Source: Dicyema japonicum
Lineage: Eukaryota; Animalia; Dicyemida
Assembly: GCA_011109175.1 (NCBI GenBank)
Contig: RDEW01000002.1
Coordinates: forward strand, 418,759 to 473,887
Direction: 5' to 3'
DNA length: 55,129 nt
Position 1 is the stretch's first letter, and every line of letters begins with the position of its first letter. Shown one piece after another: positions 24,290 to 38,661 of the stretch. The position numbers and the translations under genes were made by a program. The notes below the pieces were generated by a model. It ran no database searches. It was given only the letters and a program-made list of their open reading frames with translations, and was not told the origin of the DNA.

Positions 24290-25600
24290 AAGTCTTTTTT
24301 TGATTTAAATAGGATTTTTTTGAGATAAATCAGATTTTTTTGAATTAAATGATTTTTATTTAGAAATAAAGTAAAATAAAATTAAAAACAACAGAAATCG
24401 TTTTTATTTATTTAAAAGCTTGTAAACAAAGAACTATTTCGCACAACTGAAGGGATCATTCCGTGGCAGGCCTAGAGTGACGTTGCCTTCAGTACTAAAT
24501 GATGACCTAATCCGAATAAACAAAACTCTACGAAATGGTGAAGATCTTGACTCACTACGAGCAATGGCCCGGAACAGGAGAGCATGGAAGAGGATGTGTG
24601 GGAAAATACTGGACGTGTCACAAGGGGTAACTTAATTAATCTAATTAATTTTTGATTTCCCAGGAGTGCTTAAAAAAACAAAGACAAGTTTGGCAGCTTT
24701 TTCAAATCTGGGAATTGAAAATTAACTCAAGAGTCATGGCAATTCACTTTCAATTCCAGCCTTTTTCGTACATTTGAATGTAAGACTCCAAACGTCGAAA
24801 AAATTCGTTCTATTCCACCTGTGTAGGCAACTGCTCCAATAAATTTTTGGCAGAGTGAAATTACTTCAGAAGGTAAATGGTAAGAGATCGATATATAGTT
24901 TGAGTTGACTCCAAGGCGAGGTCAATCTCAGCAGTTGAATGAGATCTCACAAAACGTGTCGGATCCATTAGATTCGCAAGTAAGTGGAAAAGTGTTAATG
25001 CTTTATTTAAAATAGTCGTACATTCATACTCAACATAAGTCTGTTCAAGTTCTTTCCAAATTGCAGAGGCTAAACCAACAGATTGAAGATACTCCGCGGT
25101 GTGGCTATTTCCAGTGGTGTCCACAGTGTCAATTAGATAGCTTTTTCCATCCGATGTTACAACTGACACACAAATAACAGATTCATTATGAATGTTACTC
25201 CACCAGTCAACATCATAGACGCTGTCTTGTCCGGGAGTCTTTGCCACAGTCTTAATGTATTTGGTCGTACACACTATCGAGCAATAGACCACCAATTTGA
25301 TGACGAGAGGGTAACGATACCCAGAAAGAAGCATTTGGACAAATTTAACAAATTCCGGATGTTCTACAGCAGCAAAAAAAGTGTTGCTGGTATTGACCTT
25401 GTAACTCCTTCCCGCAATTACGGGATCTGGCTCGACTCTCGGTTTTACTACGAATAATACGTTTATCTAAGTGAACCCACAAGGCATCACGCTTTCTTCC
25501 AAACATTAAAAATATTTAAATGATTTTTTTGATTTTCAATGATTTAAATAATTGATTTTTTTGTTGATTAAAATCAAATGATTTAAATCTAACAAACCTA
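24290..25600 (-). mobile_element. hAT DNA transposon, internally deleted, one terminus lost (duplicate of 40821-42156)
   Basis: WWSNIHNESVICVSV...DTTGNSHTAEYL (DUF659-type), HLLANLMDP, IERIFSTFGVLHSNVRKRL...EKAAKLVF. Terminus TAACAAACCTA at ~25590-25600. Confidence 0.8.
24444..24640 (+). mobile_element. RTE LINE 3' fragment inserted in the hAT (duplicate at 41001-41190)
   Basis: GSFRGRPRVTLPSVLNDDL...GEDLDSLRAMARNRRAWK parallels the C-terminus of the 15592 ORF. Confidence 0.75.
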
Positions 25601-25619
25601 AATACGAAGATAATTTTTA

Positions 25620-26640
25620 GAGTGCATTTTTCCAATTGTCATCCACATATTTTTCACTCGTTTTCCAGGGAAACAAAGTTACACAATTCTTGGGATATGA
25701 TCTTCAGGATACGAACCCTTATATCAAAGACTTACCCGTCCTGCAACCGAGCAAGACTTTTATTAAAAATAAAAAGAACAATATTTCTCAAGGTGAATAT
25801 TATCCTCACTTTTTAACTTCGTTTTATTAACAATTAATACATCAACGGGATTAGTGGATATCATATGCACAATCTCAGAACGCCTTCTCTTTAAGTATCG
25901 GGCGTTCACTGCAATGAAAGTATGAATAGATTTCATACTTGTAGAACCTCAGCCTCTCCAATAAATTCCTGACGTCAATTCATTTTTATAAACCAACTTG
26001 TCAACAACATTTTTCAATTCCAAGTCTGCAACTAGGCTTTCCACCTAATTAATAGTACCGACAGTATTCCCTTTGCTCATGTAATTGGTAACAATGTTTG
26101 TATTCTAAGAGGTTAGGTTAGTATCCACTGTCGATATTTTTGCCTCTATTTTGGTTGAAAAATTACAATTTATGGGGTGTTAGATGTTCTTCAAACACTT
26201 TCAACAGCCTTAGCTTTAACTCACTTAACGGGGAGAAACACCTTCTTCGTCATGTCATTTGTTTTTTTTTCTTCGAAGGCAGCCTTTGCTGAAGAACAAC
26301 TACCATAACAAACCAAATGATTAACTGTCCCTCAGTTAATGCATTTCCTTTCACTGTCCTTAGCCAAACGAGAGTTCAAAATGTGTTCTCCACCACAAAT
26401 TATGCACCATTCCTTTTCATTGCAGAATTTCGCAATGTCCCCAACTTTTGACATCTATAGCATTTAGTCACTGGTTTTTTGTACCATTCAAAACAAACTT
26501 TTTGGAACCCAAACACCATCTTCAGTCTCACTTTCGACGTGGTTTCGAATCTAGACTTCAAAGTTAATTTTCCAACAGGAAGACAGCGCCCATCCTTCAT
26601 AAAACGTTGGAAAGAAACCAGGTCGTAGAGTTTCAGTAAA
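25620..26640 (-). mobile_element. Jockey/I-type LINE ORF1 and APE start relic
   Basis: KCYRCQKLG.., CIICGGEH, CINxGTVNH knuckles, then VNAR...EIVHM..NPVDVL (APE). Confidence 0.7.
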
Positions 26641-27279
26641 ATAAAGATTCAAGTCATCATCTGAGGCCCAAAAATGGATTCCCTTCACAACAACAGTTGA
26701 AGGATATAGGAAGGAAGTATAAAAACATGTCCATCAATACCTAATGAAGCTCTCAAGCCATAATCATCGACACAATCGTCGATATCCTCTATTGAGACAA
26801 ATTCAAGAGTAAATATGCCTGAATTCCTTAATGAAATTCGTTCCTTACTGGCAGTCGCTGTGTTTGTTAGTATGTTAAAACGTTTAATCCATCCCAAAGC
26901 CATATTTTTATTTTCCAGATTTACTACAAAAGACTCATAAGTCAAGTTAGACGAAACAGCTCGTCCTGATACAACAATGTATATTGTTCATCTGTGAGTA
27001 TTTCATTCCCATTTATTGATTTAGATTTCACTGTCGGTTTTCCTTCATTAACCAGTTTTTTTTCTTGGTCGTTGAATCTTTCTCAAATATTTTTTTGTTG
27101 AAATTTAACACACATAACGCAATTATTATCTACTATCAAAATCCATCACTTAATTTACAGTGCTTTTTCTTTTTAATAACTTACTTAATATTAAGTAGGC
27201 TGATAATATTCTTTTGCTCGATCTTAGTATTAATAGACCGAGTTTTGGAAACGAACTTCAACCCACATTGATAAAATTA

Positions 27280-27485
27280 AATGTTGTTGCCGATATAAAG
27301 GTTTATCCTTATCTCTTGAAATATGTACTGCTTCATGGATTGTGAAATACAAGAATAAATGAAAGATTTGTATTAATACTGGAATGTTGTTGCCGATATA
27401 AAGTTTTATCCTTATCTCTTGAAATATGTACTGCTTCATGGATTGTGAATTACAAGAATAAATGAAAGATTTGTATTAATACTGG
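27280..27485. repeat. 103-bp tandem duplication
   Basis: aatgttgttgccgatata...gtattaatactgga twice. Single copy in the paralogue at 43750-43855. Confidence 0.9.
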
Positions 27486-27609
27486 AGCAATCAAATGCCT
27501 GGTACAATTGCAATATCTTGGTGGTTGTGTAATATCGAAGGGTTCCTTCATTAATTATATCAAGAAAAAGAGGGAAAAGCTACGGCGATGTAGAAATCGC
27601 TTCTACGTT

Positions 27610-28600
27610 ATGTACTGATCTCAATTGGGCGAACACCATCTCATTTTCTGAATGCCAATAGATGTCCACAAAAAAAGAAGATCTCTAGCAAATTTTAAAA
27701 TATCACTATTAACTAATCGAGTGAACATCAAGGTGATAAACGTTAACAAGGCACGGCCTACTTTAGCAGTAGTTCCGGATGTTAAGTTTTTTACATGGTT
27801 TGGGCGCAGTTTGTCCAGACCTCCGCAGCTACTGGGAGGAAAGACATTATTTTAATGCACTACATCAAATTCCGTGGAAGTAAATGCCGGGAGGTCTTCT
27901 GGCATTGTCAAGTTCCGTAGTTCGGTGGTGGAGTAGGGAGCTTCATTCTCAGTAACTCCAAGACTTCAATAGTGATTCGTCACAAGACACTACTCTAACA
28001 GCTGCGCGAACGCCCCCTTCCATCAGTTTTCGGTTCACTCTCTTGAAATGTTTTAGAATCTTTTTGTATACACCCAGCTTCTGTGGACAACTGTTTACGC
28101 CGAAGTACTTGATCAGGCTCGATTCCAGAGTCTTGCTGCGTTGATGTTGCCAAAATTGCAGAAATATTTTTAAATTTTGAGGCCAATGATCAGTTGCGAG
28201 CTTTCTCTGAGCCAGAAATTCCTAGGGTCATAGGTGCAAAGCTCAGTAGACGTATCCAAGAAACCTGGTCGCTGGTACTGATAGCTTTATAAATTAAAGA
28301 CGTGAGGTATTCAGCAGTGGGAATTCGAACGGCCTTTGGTGTCCTCAGAGGAATTCGTCTACCTTTCCGACTCTCCGATAGGCGTAACAAAAGGGTTCGA
28401 TTTGTCCAGAAATGACGTGATGAGTGAATTTTGCCGGATGACGGCATCGAGCGGGGTCGGTATCCATACAGTATGCGCAGTCCTATTAGTAAAGAGATCT
28501 CGCAGCCAAATTCGACATTCGGACTCACCCGAGGTGGTAAAATCTCTCGCAGATGTGCAATTTAACACGTACTTCCTGCGTTGATATAATCACAAGACAC
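27610..28600 (-). mobile_element. CRE-clade element, N-terminal region to RT0-1
   Basis: WIRLLSFAP, FPPSSCGGLDKLRPNHVKNL, DGVRPIE. Confidence 0.65.
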
Positions 28601-29284
28601 GCACTGCTCTTTCGATATCGCAGGTTTAAAAAAAAGTTAATTTTAATTATAAATTTGCCTCTCTGTAGTAAGTGAGGCAGTCCCAATTCTAAAGAGATTT
28701 CACAGATAATTTCGATATTCGGACACACCCGAAGTGGATTCTTTTTACAAAAATCCATCGAAGATAATTCTCAAAAAGTGGTAAAACTCTTTAATATGAA
28801 ATACGTTTTTGAGATTTTATTCTCGCACAACAAGGTTATGGATACTCTTACATGAAAAATTAATTGAAAATATCATGTTCGGCTAAGAATCAGCCACCTT
28901 AACGAGGAGCTAATATGAAATTTCTGATAATGAAAAACTAATAAATTTTTAAATAAATAAAAATAACAATTTTTGGAAAAGCTGAGGGTTAACCCAAACT
29001 AGATAATTGATCCTGACATGTTCCAGCGATTCTAAAAGTCGTCTCGAGGTAAAAAAATTGTCTCCTTGGAGAAGAATAGTAAGATCCTTTTAAATAGCGG
29101 CGTCTCTTTAGTAAGTTGGATCATATGAAGTTATCATAGAGGAGTAAAATAAATTTTAACCAAATAGCAAATAGCATCACATGACAGAACGTGTCTTTAA
29201 AATAAATGACGCTTTACAGTTTGCAGTGTGTAGTAGGACTTTCTTGATTAATTTAGTTATTTTATTTAACACCCAAGACTACGG

Positions 29285-31135
29285 TAAAACCAAAACTAAC
29301 TATCACGTGATCCCGATGCGCTCCGTCAAAATCCTCATTCTTTCCCGGTGCTCCTCCCTCGTACCTACACAAGCTCGTACAGGGCGGCTGACTGTATTTG
29401 CAGGGCCGGTATATTGTTTAATGAGGGCCTCTAGAGTAGTCGGTCCGGTTCTTTGTCTTCCATAGACCACCGATCCGTCATTCTGAAAGCTTTCTTTTGA
29501 ACGTCCTCGATTATCTTAATGTTCGTCCATGATAATGTAGGTCCCCACAAAGTACACGCGTACGAGAAGCATGGTTCGATGTCTTGCTTATAAATGTTCA
29601 TCAAGACCGAGTGGGTATCTTCTTCCATATTCCAGATAAACATTTCAATGCATTGATTTTCTTCTCGCACTTCAGAACAATGTTTGCCACGTGTGATGAC
29701 AAACATAAGTGTGTATCAAGTGTTACGCCCAAGATCTTCTGATGTTTGGTGAAGGGGATTTCAATGTTGTCCAATTTTAACTTGACAGTCATCTACCCAA
29801 CCTTTTGTCTGAAGTAAACATAGACGTGACCGTCTTTCTGGAATTTATCGTGAGTCGGTTCTTTATAAACAGGCGTTGAGTCTGTCCAGGTTAATTTGTA
29901 ATCTTTCTGTAGCATTTTGGATCATGCGAGACCAAAACAATGTCGTCCGCATATGTGAGTAGAAAATTTTGTGTAGAATTTTATCAAATTGTTAACGTCT
30001 CGTTGAGTATACTCATCCTCGGGAGAGGTTTTTTCTCCCTTTGCAACATTTCAGATGGCTTTCCACACTTCTCTGGTACTACGGTTGCGATTTACCTTTG
30101 TAAGAATCCGATTCCAATTCAATTTCTGGCCCTTGAAATCTCTGGCCTTTATTTCGTTGTTTAGAGCTCTGATCCAGAGTTTCGTTTTTAATGTAATCCA
30201 ATTAGATTTTTTAAGGTGGTTTCTTTCTTTGATCAATGCCGACTTCCCTCGACCATTAGAGGAGTGTAGACGATGCTTGGGAATAGCCAATGATCTTGCT
30301 TCTAGGATTGTGGAAGTAAAGTATTTGATCGCTTTTTCTAGCGATTTGAAGCTGACCAAGTAACAATTCTTCAGTCTATCATCAGAGATTGCGCGATTCA
30401 ATTCCCAATTAGCAGCTTTGTAGTTATAACTAGCAGGTGTTCTCCTCACTCTGACTTCTCTTATAACCTTCATCACAATTGGATTATGGTCGCATCTTTT
30501 TTCGTAGAGGACTGACCAATCAATTTTTGATGAAAGCGAAGATGAGCAGAGTGTTACATCCAGTGAGATAAGATGATCCGTCTCTCTGAGTGGGGTCTTT
30601 GTATTTTTCGCTGCATCGTTCAGTATCGTTAGGGAATCCGATTTCAATAACAATAGCTTCCATCTCGTGTCGGTCTGTTGGGTTGACAACCATAATGGGT
30701 GCTTTGCGTTTAAATCTCCACATATGATTATCTCATCGTAGATAGCCAATCTTGATAGGTTTGGAATAACATAGTCTTTTGGGCAGGAGTCGGGAGGAGG
30801 CAAGTAGATATTCACGAGGCGCATACTTCCTTTCGTTGTCCAATTGCCTCAGTAACCTCGTCATTTCCAACAAGTTTCCTCACTTCCGAAGTAATGTCTC
30901 TGCATTTCAGGTTCTTTTTGTATAGTGTAAGTAGACCAACCCCTCTTTTCTTTTTGCGGTCCATCCAGATTGCCTCGTATCCAGGGAATGAAGGAGTGGA
31001 ATCATGCATGCGGAGTTTAGTTTCTTGAATCATGGCCACGTCGATGTTCTGATTTGCCAGGATTGTGCGGAGTTCCCTGACTTTGCTTTTAATTCCGTTG
31101 ATATTTAATTGGAGAGCAGTAAATTTCTTTTCTCC
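29285..31135 (-). mobile_element. Ingi/Vingi-like LINE copy 2 (APE, RT5-7, thumb), RT0-4 deleted, 5'-truncated
   Basis: LQLNINGIKSK, QETKL, NIYLPP, GDLNAKHPLW, YADDIV, KILGVTLDTH. Ends GIT* like the 5317 element. Confidence 0.8.
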
Positions 31136-31290
31136 ACACTAGGCTGATTAATTAATGAAAATAAGATTATTACAATTATATAATTTATATAAGTTTTATT
31201 AGTTTCGAATTTATTATATTTTAAAAATTAATTCATCAATATAACAAGTGACCTAAATTATACACAACGAAGTGTTCATTTTTCATTTTT

Positions 31291-32470
31291 ATGTTATTGT
31301 TAATGTTTTTTCTCAATCACGAATATCAAATTCAGACCTCATATGTCATTATTTGGAAATTGTTTATTGACGAGCACTCGTAAAAATGTATTTTATAAAT
31401 AATTATAATGGTAGACAAAGAATTATTTATTTAAAATTCATTTTGGAATGAATTTTTATGATGGAATGAACACTAAATTCCAAATAACAAACTTAATTTT
31501 CAATTTTTTTGGTGGATTATCAGAGGAATTTTACAACCTCTCAATATAAATAGAATTAAATTCTAGTGATTATTATTTAACACACAAAGGGGATGAAACC
31601 TATACGAATACAATAAATCTTCCAAATATTAAATATGGAGAATATTACAGATGCGGGTATATCTCCGTAAATTTTGACAATACTTATTCTCTCACAATTT
31701 ATTCTATGACGGCAGAATTGTTCGATAAAGATATACGTACAAATTTAATTGGAAAGGGTTTGAATCTTGTTTAATTCAGCAAATGACTGTGATCCATCTA
31801 ACGATCCAAATGTTCGATATTGGTATTTTATTGCCGAAAATAGACTAAAAGCTATATTAAGTGGGAATTTTAAAATCATATTTTTTAATGATCACATTCA
31901 TAAAAACGTAAATTGTATATTTCTATAGTTGATTAATGAATTTTTATTTTCAGACCAAAATATGAATACTACAATTTATTTTGGAAACAATAGTGTGGCG
32001 TTGTCTCTTATAGGAATACATTTTGAATTATTTTTTACATTTATATTGTATCAGAACAAATATTATATCTCCAACATTCAGTTAATCATCGATAGCGTGT
32101 ATACTCTGTCTTGGAGACCTAATAAATCCAAATTGGTTGATGTTAGGAATTCATGTACCTCCGACTTGCTTATTGCTAAATTTACTGATGACATATATGC
32201 TGAATTTTCATTATTTAAGGCACAAATTCTTAGGGATGATTTGAAATTCCGTTATATTGGGAACGGTTTAATTTTTCTTGAATTTTAGAGTCGGGGTGTT
32301 TTGAAAAAATAACTTCTGGAAAAAATAAAAATTATAATCATTCAAAAATTTTTAAAATTATAGGAATTATACTCACTGTTCTAACACTTGCAATCATCGG
32401 AGTCATCGCATTTGTTAAGATTAAACGTCGAAATAGGATAAGACGGATGGAATATATTCCTCTTCTATAA
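31291..32470 (+). pseudogene. LAMP-like membrane glycoprotein, copy B
   Basis: Closest to the intact copy. 2-nt deletion in exon 1 and TAA at 31547-31549. Introns of 27, 22, 21 and 23 nt. Ends RRMEYIPLL*. Confidence 0.75.
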
Positions 32471-33429
32471 CGGCTTTTAATTTTCTTGTTATTTTTATTT
32501 TTTAATTTTACGTAATCCCAAGCACGTTCAAATAATTTCGTTAATTATCTTTTTTTAAGAAGCCCTTTTCTTGTTTTCTCTCTTAATAGTCACAATCTTC
32601 TGCATTTTCAAGTTTATTTTGATATCGTTGTGATATAAAACTCCCAGACAGGATCACACTCATTCTTTTTTTCTGTTTAAATGTCTGATTCGACCTGGTG
32701 CATTCACAGATACCTTTTTGTAGTCAAAATTAATCTGTGTTAATATCTGGTGAGGCATTGTGAGCATTTGAAAACTCTACATAACTAAATACAAAAACCT
32801 CTCATCATATTTTACGTACAGCACGTTGTCGCCGAGACGAGTGAAGTCTTAACCCCAGACGGTCTCTTTTAAAATTGTTTTCTCAATGATATCGAAAATG
32901 AGCAAAGAGTTACTTTCTATAGGAATTGTAACAATCGATATTGCGGTTTAATTATCTTGAATTTTTCATATTTTTTTTGAAATCAGAAAGGTTTAATGCA
33001 AAAACTAACAGTTAACAATAACTGCCTGCTCTCATAATTTAGAACTCATTTCTCCTGACTATTGTAAAGAACTAAGCTCAATTGGCCAGCTCTTTCTCTC
33101 CTTTTATTTTCTTCGCGATGAGCGATCCGATTCTGTTTTCAGGTTAAATGACATGCTTCTTATTATTACTGACGTTTCCTCTGCGACTGGTTCAATAATG
33201 AACTGTCTACCAAGACATACTTATTTCTTTATCTTTAGAGTCTCATCTTACTCGTGTTAGTTATTATTATAACCAGGAATGAGGAAGATAGGCTATCCAC
33301 ACTGGTGGCGTCCTGGTCAAGGTACAAATAACATATATTCTGAATTTACAAATTCTTAGCGATGAATAGAATTTTCGTTCAATTGGAAACGGTATGAATT
33401 TTTGTAACTTTAGTCGGAGTGTTTTACAT

Positions 33430-34730
33430 GTGTTTATATTAAAACATTTATTGCACGAAATAAGTTAACAGAATTTAACTTTGTTTTTGAAAGCATGCTT
33501 ATTCTCTTCTTAACATTTTCAAGGACGGACTCCAGAACTTTGTTTCTAAGGACATTACATCCTTCGTTTTCGAAAACACCCAAATATCGATATTCACTGA
33601 CTCCTTCCAGAGTCTCACAACATGACAACGATTTAAAATTAGAAAATGACTTTTTAGAATTCATCTCCAAGACGACAACATGAAAGAAATCGTGAACAAC
33701 TTTCATCAATTTATAAACAGTATCCTCTATTAGCCTAAAATTTTTTAGGTCATTAATGAAAAACAAATGAATGGTAGATTATGACACAGTATTAGGAACC
33801 TCCTGATTATTCGGAGTTTTCGAAGTACAAAGTTAAGAGTCCTGCTCAAGGGTTCCATTACCATAACAAATAGTTTAGGGATAATGAATCTCCTTGAAGA
33901 ATTCCGCGTCTCAGCTTTACAGAACCAATTCTTCTTCCATCTAAGTCGAGATTTACATTCCATGTTTAGTCTATGGTCTTTACAAAGTTAACAATTCAAC
34001 GGGGTATTCCTGAACAGTCCAATACATGAAATAAAAATTCATGGTAAAAAGAATCAAAGACCTTCATCACATCAACCCAAGCAGAATAACGGACGTTTCC
34101 ATACTCCTTATTAAAGTATTGATTAATAAAAGACTGTAGCTTAGCGCCCTGACAATGTTTCCTCGTTTTAGGTGATTGTCAGATAATAACTCAAACGAAT
34201 ACACAAATCTAAAAGTTTGGAATTAACACAATTGGTAATAAGTTTAATAATGTTGGCACACACGTTATAAGAAGGAACAGTTTAGAAGTGTCACAGTCAT
34301 TCTTTTTTGTAATTAAATAGGTTATTCTAGTATAAATCCGACTTTCAGGCATATATTCCACATTAATAATTCGTTTAATCTCAGTACATAAAAGTCATGT
34401 GAAGATTCCACTTTTTTAATAAAAAAATTATATGACCCATCACAACCACACGCCTTACAATCGGAAAGTGGATTATATACAGCTTGATTTTGGTAGTTGT
34501 AGGTGTACATCTTACAACATCGCTATGTCGCCGCAATACGTACCGCTAAGTGTCCTGGTTCACTGTGTAGCCTAGTGATCCGAACTTTTTTATAGATTTC
34601 ATATCTTCAAAAAACAGATTCCGATCCAGTATTATGTAGTTCATTTCTCTTGACCTTGGACTATTGTTTCCTTCATTAAGCTATTCTGTTGATACATTGA
34701 TATCGACATGGTGATTTCAAAACACTTAAA
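33430..34730 (-). mobile_element. Rearranged R4-like RT and RLE relics
   Basis: FFINDLK, YRYLG, KTKLNSVNLFRAIN, TRGNIVRALSYSLLLIN-like RT2, and RRHSDVVRC. Confidence 0.65.
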
Positions 34731-35089
34731 TATAATTGAATGAAGCAATTTCTGATCAGTCTTCTGCAATTAATTCTTCTATTGATTTTTCTTTATAATA
34801 TAGTGTTCAAATTAGAGAGGTCATCCACATTGAATTTAAGTGTAAATAATCTTGCGATAGTGGTCATATGTGTTTTCCGTTGTTTTAGGACCCGCAAAAT
34901 TCATGCTTTTCGAAGACACAAGGAAGATTTTTTCTCAAAGTCATCAAAAATTGAAATAACCTGAATTCAGTCTTATCAAAATTGACTAAATTAATTTTCA
35001 AAATAATGTTTAAGATAAAAAATTTATCGACCTCGTTGACAACGTTTATTAAAAAATAAAAAAATTATTATAATTTAGCGTTTTTGTAG

Positions 35090-35960
35090 CAAGTGGGTTT
35101 AAGTTTAATTTTTTAAGAACCACACATTATTTAAAGCTATCTCTTCTAAATTCTCAGACCAATTCAGTTGAGCAATATCAATGTCGTGACCTACGTTTCA
35201 TGAGATGAGTCTATCCTGAGTTCTTCAGCCTTGGACATTGCCCACGTTGACGAATTTCACAATACCAGAATTAACAATGGCGTTGTAAAGAATTAGTCGA
35301 AATGATAAATCGCTTGCTGTCGATCAGTTCTTTATAACTTTGTTTAATGCAGCAGTAGCAAGTGTCTATCTTCGAAACATTTCCTCACTGTCTCTAAATA
35401 AGGACCCAAACTTGTTTGTTTTCCTGACTAATTCAATTATCTTTTCATTATTTGATATTGACTATTTTCAATTGAAAAACATTACTTGTTTGAAACCATT
35501 TATCAAGTTGATTAGTAGACATCGTCTATCCCTCTGTATGAAGTAGACGTAGTCTGCATATATGGACTCAGCTATGCTAACTTCATAAAATTTTTGAAGA
35601 TCACGTAGTGCCTCTTTCGAGCAAATGACAAACAAGACAAAAAAGAAGGGAGCCAACTTTGAGGAGTAAAACATTACATGAAAAATCTCTTATAATAATT
35701 CTGCCAATTCGAACTCGTGGTTTTATTTTGATAAAAGGAATCGTATTATGAATCCCTCCGCCGCTTTCGACTTCGTTCAAAAATAAATTTTGACAAACAG
35801 TATAAAAAAGGAATCAGCATCTCAGTGCAAAGAAAATTAGATTTGTATCGTTTACTTTGGTTTTAAACTGCAACGCCATTTGTGACCTCAAACAATATAT
35901 GTCTTTGATCTCCTTATCTTGAATCAAAAATAACTGTTCACGCGTCAGAAATAGAATAAA
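35090..35960 (-). mobile_element. RTE LINE RT relic (paralogue of 19590-20330 and 53110-53720)
   Basis: LFVICSKEALRDL, IYADYVYFI. Confidence 0.65.
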
Positions 35961-36330
35961 ATACAGCAAAAAAAGAGTTTTCATGAGGTTCGATATTATT
36001 AAAATTACTATAAGTAGTCAAAAATTCTCTGATGTTATACAATCCGTGTATAATTCACAAGGTACCCTGAATATGCTCAGAAATGAATTTGTCAAAATTT
36101 ACGTGTTTCATTGAAAACTAATGCAATAGTTTATCAAAACCCTAGGGCAGCAATACTTTTATAAAAAATTGATTCTTTCTACAAAGTTAAAAACAATCGA
36201 AAATAATCTTCAAAAAATGGTAAATCTTTTTAAAATGGATCACGTTTTTGAGATTTTATTCTCTCACAACTTCGTAATGGATACTTTTACGTGACGAATT
36301 ACTTGAAAATATCATGTCCAACAAGAATGA

Positions 36331-36610
36331 ATGCTGATGATTTATATGCTGAGTTTTCACAATTTGAGGCACAAATTCTTCGAGATGATTCTAATTCTAG
36401 TTATACTGGAAAAGGTTTAATTTTTTATGAATTTTAGAGTTGAAGTGTTGAAATAATAACTCTTGTTAAAAAACAAATTCTAATCATTCGAAAAATGTAT
36501 ATAATAATATGAATTATATCCCTGATCTAACATTTACAATTATCGAGTTATCGTATTTTTTATTAATCGCCAAAATATAATAAGATCAATGCCATATATT
36601 CCTGTTCTTT
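36331..36610 (+). pseudogene. LAMP-like gene, 3' fragment
   Basis: DDLYAEFSQFEAQILRDDSNSSYTGK, 23-nt intron, frameshifted last exon ending near MPYIPVL. Confidence 0.7.
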
Positions 36611-37488
36611 GACTGCTATTAATTTTTTCGTTGTTTTTTTTATTTTAAATACTCCCAAGCACGATCATTATTATTTTGTTATTTATTCTCTTCCAAGTTT
36701 TCTTAAACATTCGCTATTACGTCTCACCTCATTAATTACTATCTGTTTCGGTGTTTCCTGGCATTATATAAACACATTCGCTATAAATGCGAGATGTTGC
36801 CATACATACGGTTTAAGGTTTTTTAATAGTACTCCTGTTATAATTAACGTGCCATCATGAAGTCGACTGTTCTATGTTTGCATAGATTCAGTAGTAAACA
36901 GCAGTTAGACAACATTATTAATTGTGATTTCGATAATATAACAAAATATTCGTCGTGCAAACTAATTGAAGTGTGTGGCAATTGAATTTTATAGCTGTTT
37001 GTTTCACAATGTCATGATTACAAAAAACGAATAAATTCTTAAATAACAAAAATATGAAATTTTTATTAAAAGCCGAGGGTGAAACCAAACTAGATAATTT
37101 ATCCTGACACGTTCCAGCGATTCAAAAAGTCGTCTAGAGGTAACGAAATTGTTTCACGGGAAAAGAATAGTAAGATCCTTGTGAATGCCTTCCATACATT
37201 CGGCGTCTCTTTAGTAAGGTGTATTCAATGAAGCTATCAGAAGGAAAAAAGGTAAATTTTTAACCAATTAGCAAAAGCATCACATGGCAATACGTGGCAT
37301 CAATGTAAATGACGCTTTAGAGAGTGCATTATTGAATAGGACTTTTTTGATTAATGAATTAATGAAAATAAGATTATTATAATTATAAAAATAATTGAAA
37401 TATCATATTTTTATATTATTAAAAATAAATTCATCAATATAACAAGTGACCTAAATTATACACATCGACGTGTTCATTTTACATATTT

Positions 37489-38660
37489 ATGTTATTGTTA
37501 ATGTTTTTGTTCTCAATCACGAATATCTACTTTAATCATAAATTGGCAATAAATTTTAAAAGTTTATTGAAAAATACAATTACAAATGTATTTTATAAAT
37601 AATATTAAAGACAAACGATAATTCAATAAAAAGAATTTCTTTTCGTACTTATGATGAAATGTCAGTAACAACCCAAGAGAATAACTTGATCTATCAATTT
37701 ATTATTGATTGCACAAGCGAATATTATAGCATCTCAATAAAAATAGAATTAAATTCTAGTATTTAATAGTTTACACTCAAAGATAATAAAACCTATACAA
37801 ATTCAACAAATCTTCAGAATATTAAACATGGATATTTTTACAGATGCGGATATATATCCGTAAATTTTGAGAATGGTAATACTCTCACATTATATTCTTT
37901 GGTGATAGAATTTTACATTAATCAATCGTATTTATATATTATTGGAAAAGGTTTGATATAATTAAATTCAGCACATGACTGTGATCCATCTAAAGATCCA
38001 AAAGTTCGATATTGGTATTTTTTTGCAAAAAACCGACTGAAAGCAATATTAAGTGGCCATTTAATGATCACATTTTTTTATAATCACACTGCTAATAATG
38101 TAAATTGTATATTTTAATATTAGATTAATGATTTCTCAATTTTTTTTGAAAATTTGGAAACGATGGTTAATTTTGATAAAAATAGTGTTGAGTTATCTCT
38201 TAAGGGGAAATATATTGAAATACTTTTTACATTTATTTTGTCTCAAGACAAATATCATATTTCTAAAATTCAGATAATCATCGTTGATTATTATAATGAG
38301 TCTTGGAGTCCTAATAATTCCAAATTGATTGATGTTGGTAATTCTTGTAAATTCGATTTGTCTCTCACTAAATTTTCTGATAACTTATATGCTGAATTTT
38401 CAATATTTAAGGTACATATTCTTCGAGATGATTCTAAATTCAGTTATACTGGAAAAGGTTTTATTTTTCCTAAATTTTTAGAGTCGAAGTGTTTCGAAAA
38501 AGTAACTCCTAGAAAAAATACAAATTCTAATCATTCAAAAATGTATATAATTATAGGATTTACACTCACTTTTCTAACATTTACAATCATCGGAGTCATC
38601 TCATTTGTTATTAAGCGCCGAAATATGACAAGACAAATGGTATATGTCCCTATTCTTTAA
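37489..38660 (+). pseudogene. LAMP-like membrane glycoprotein, copy C
   Basis: Introns of 23, 21, 24 and 24 nt. TAA TAG in exon 2 (~37764-37769), the TAA at the same codon as copy A. Ends RQMVYVPIL*. Confidence 0.75.
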
Positions 38661-38661
38661 C

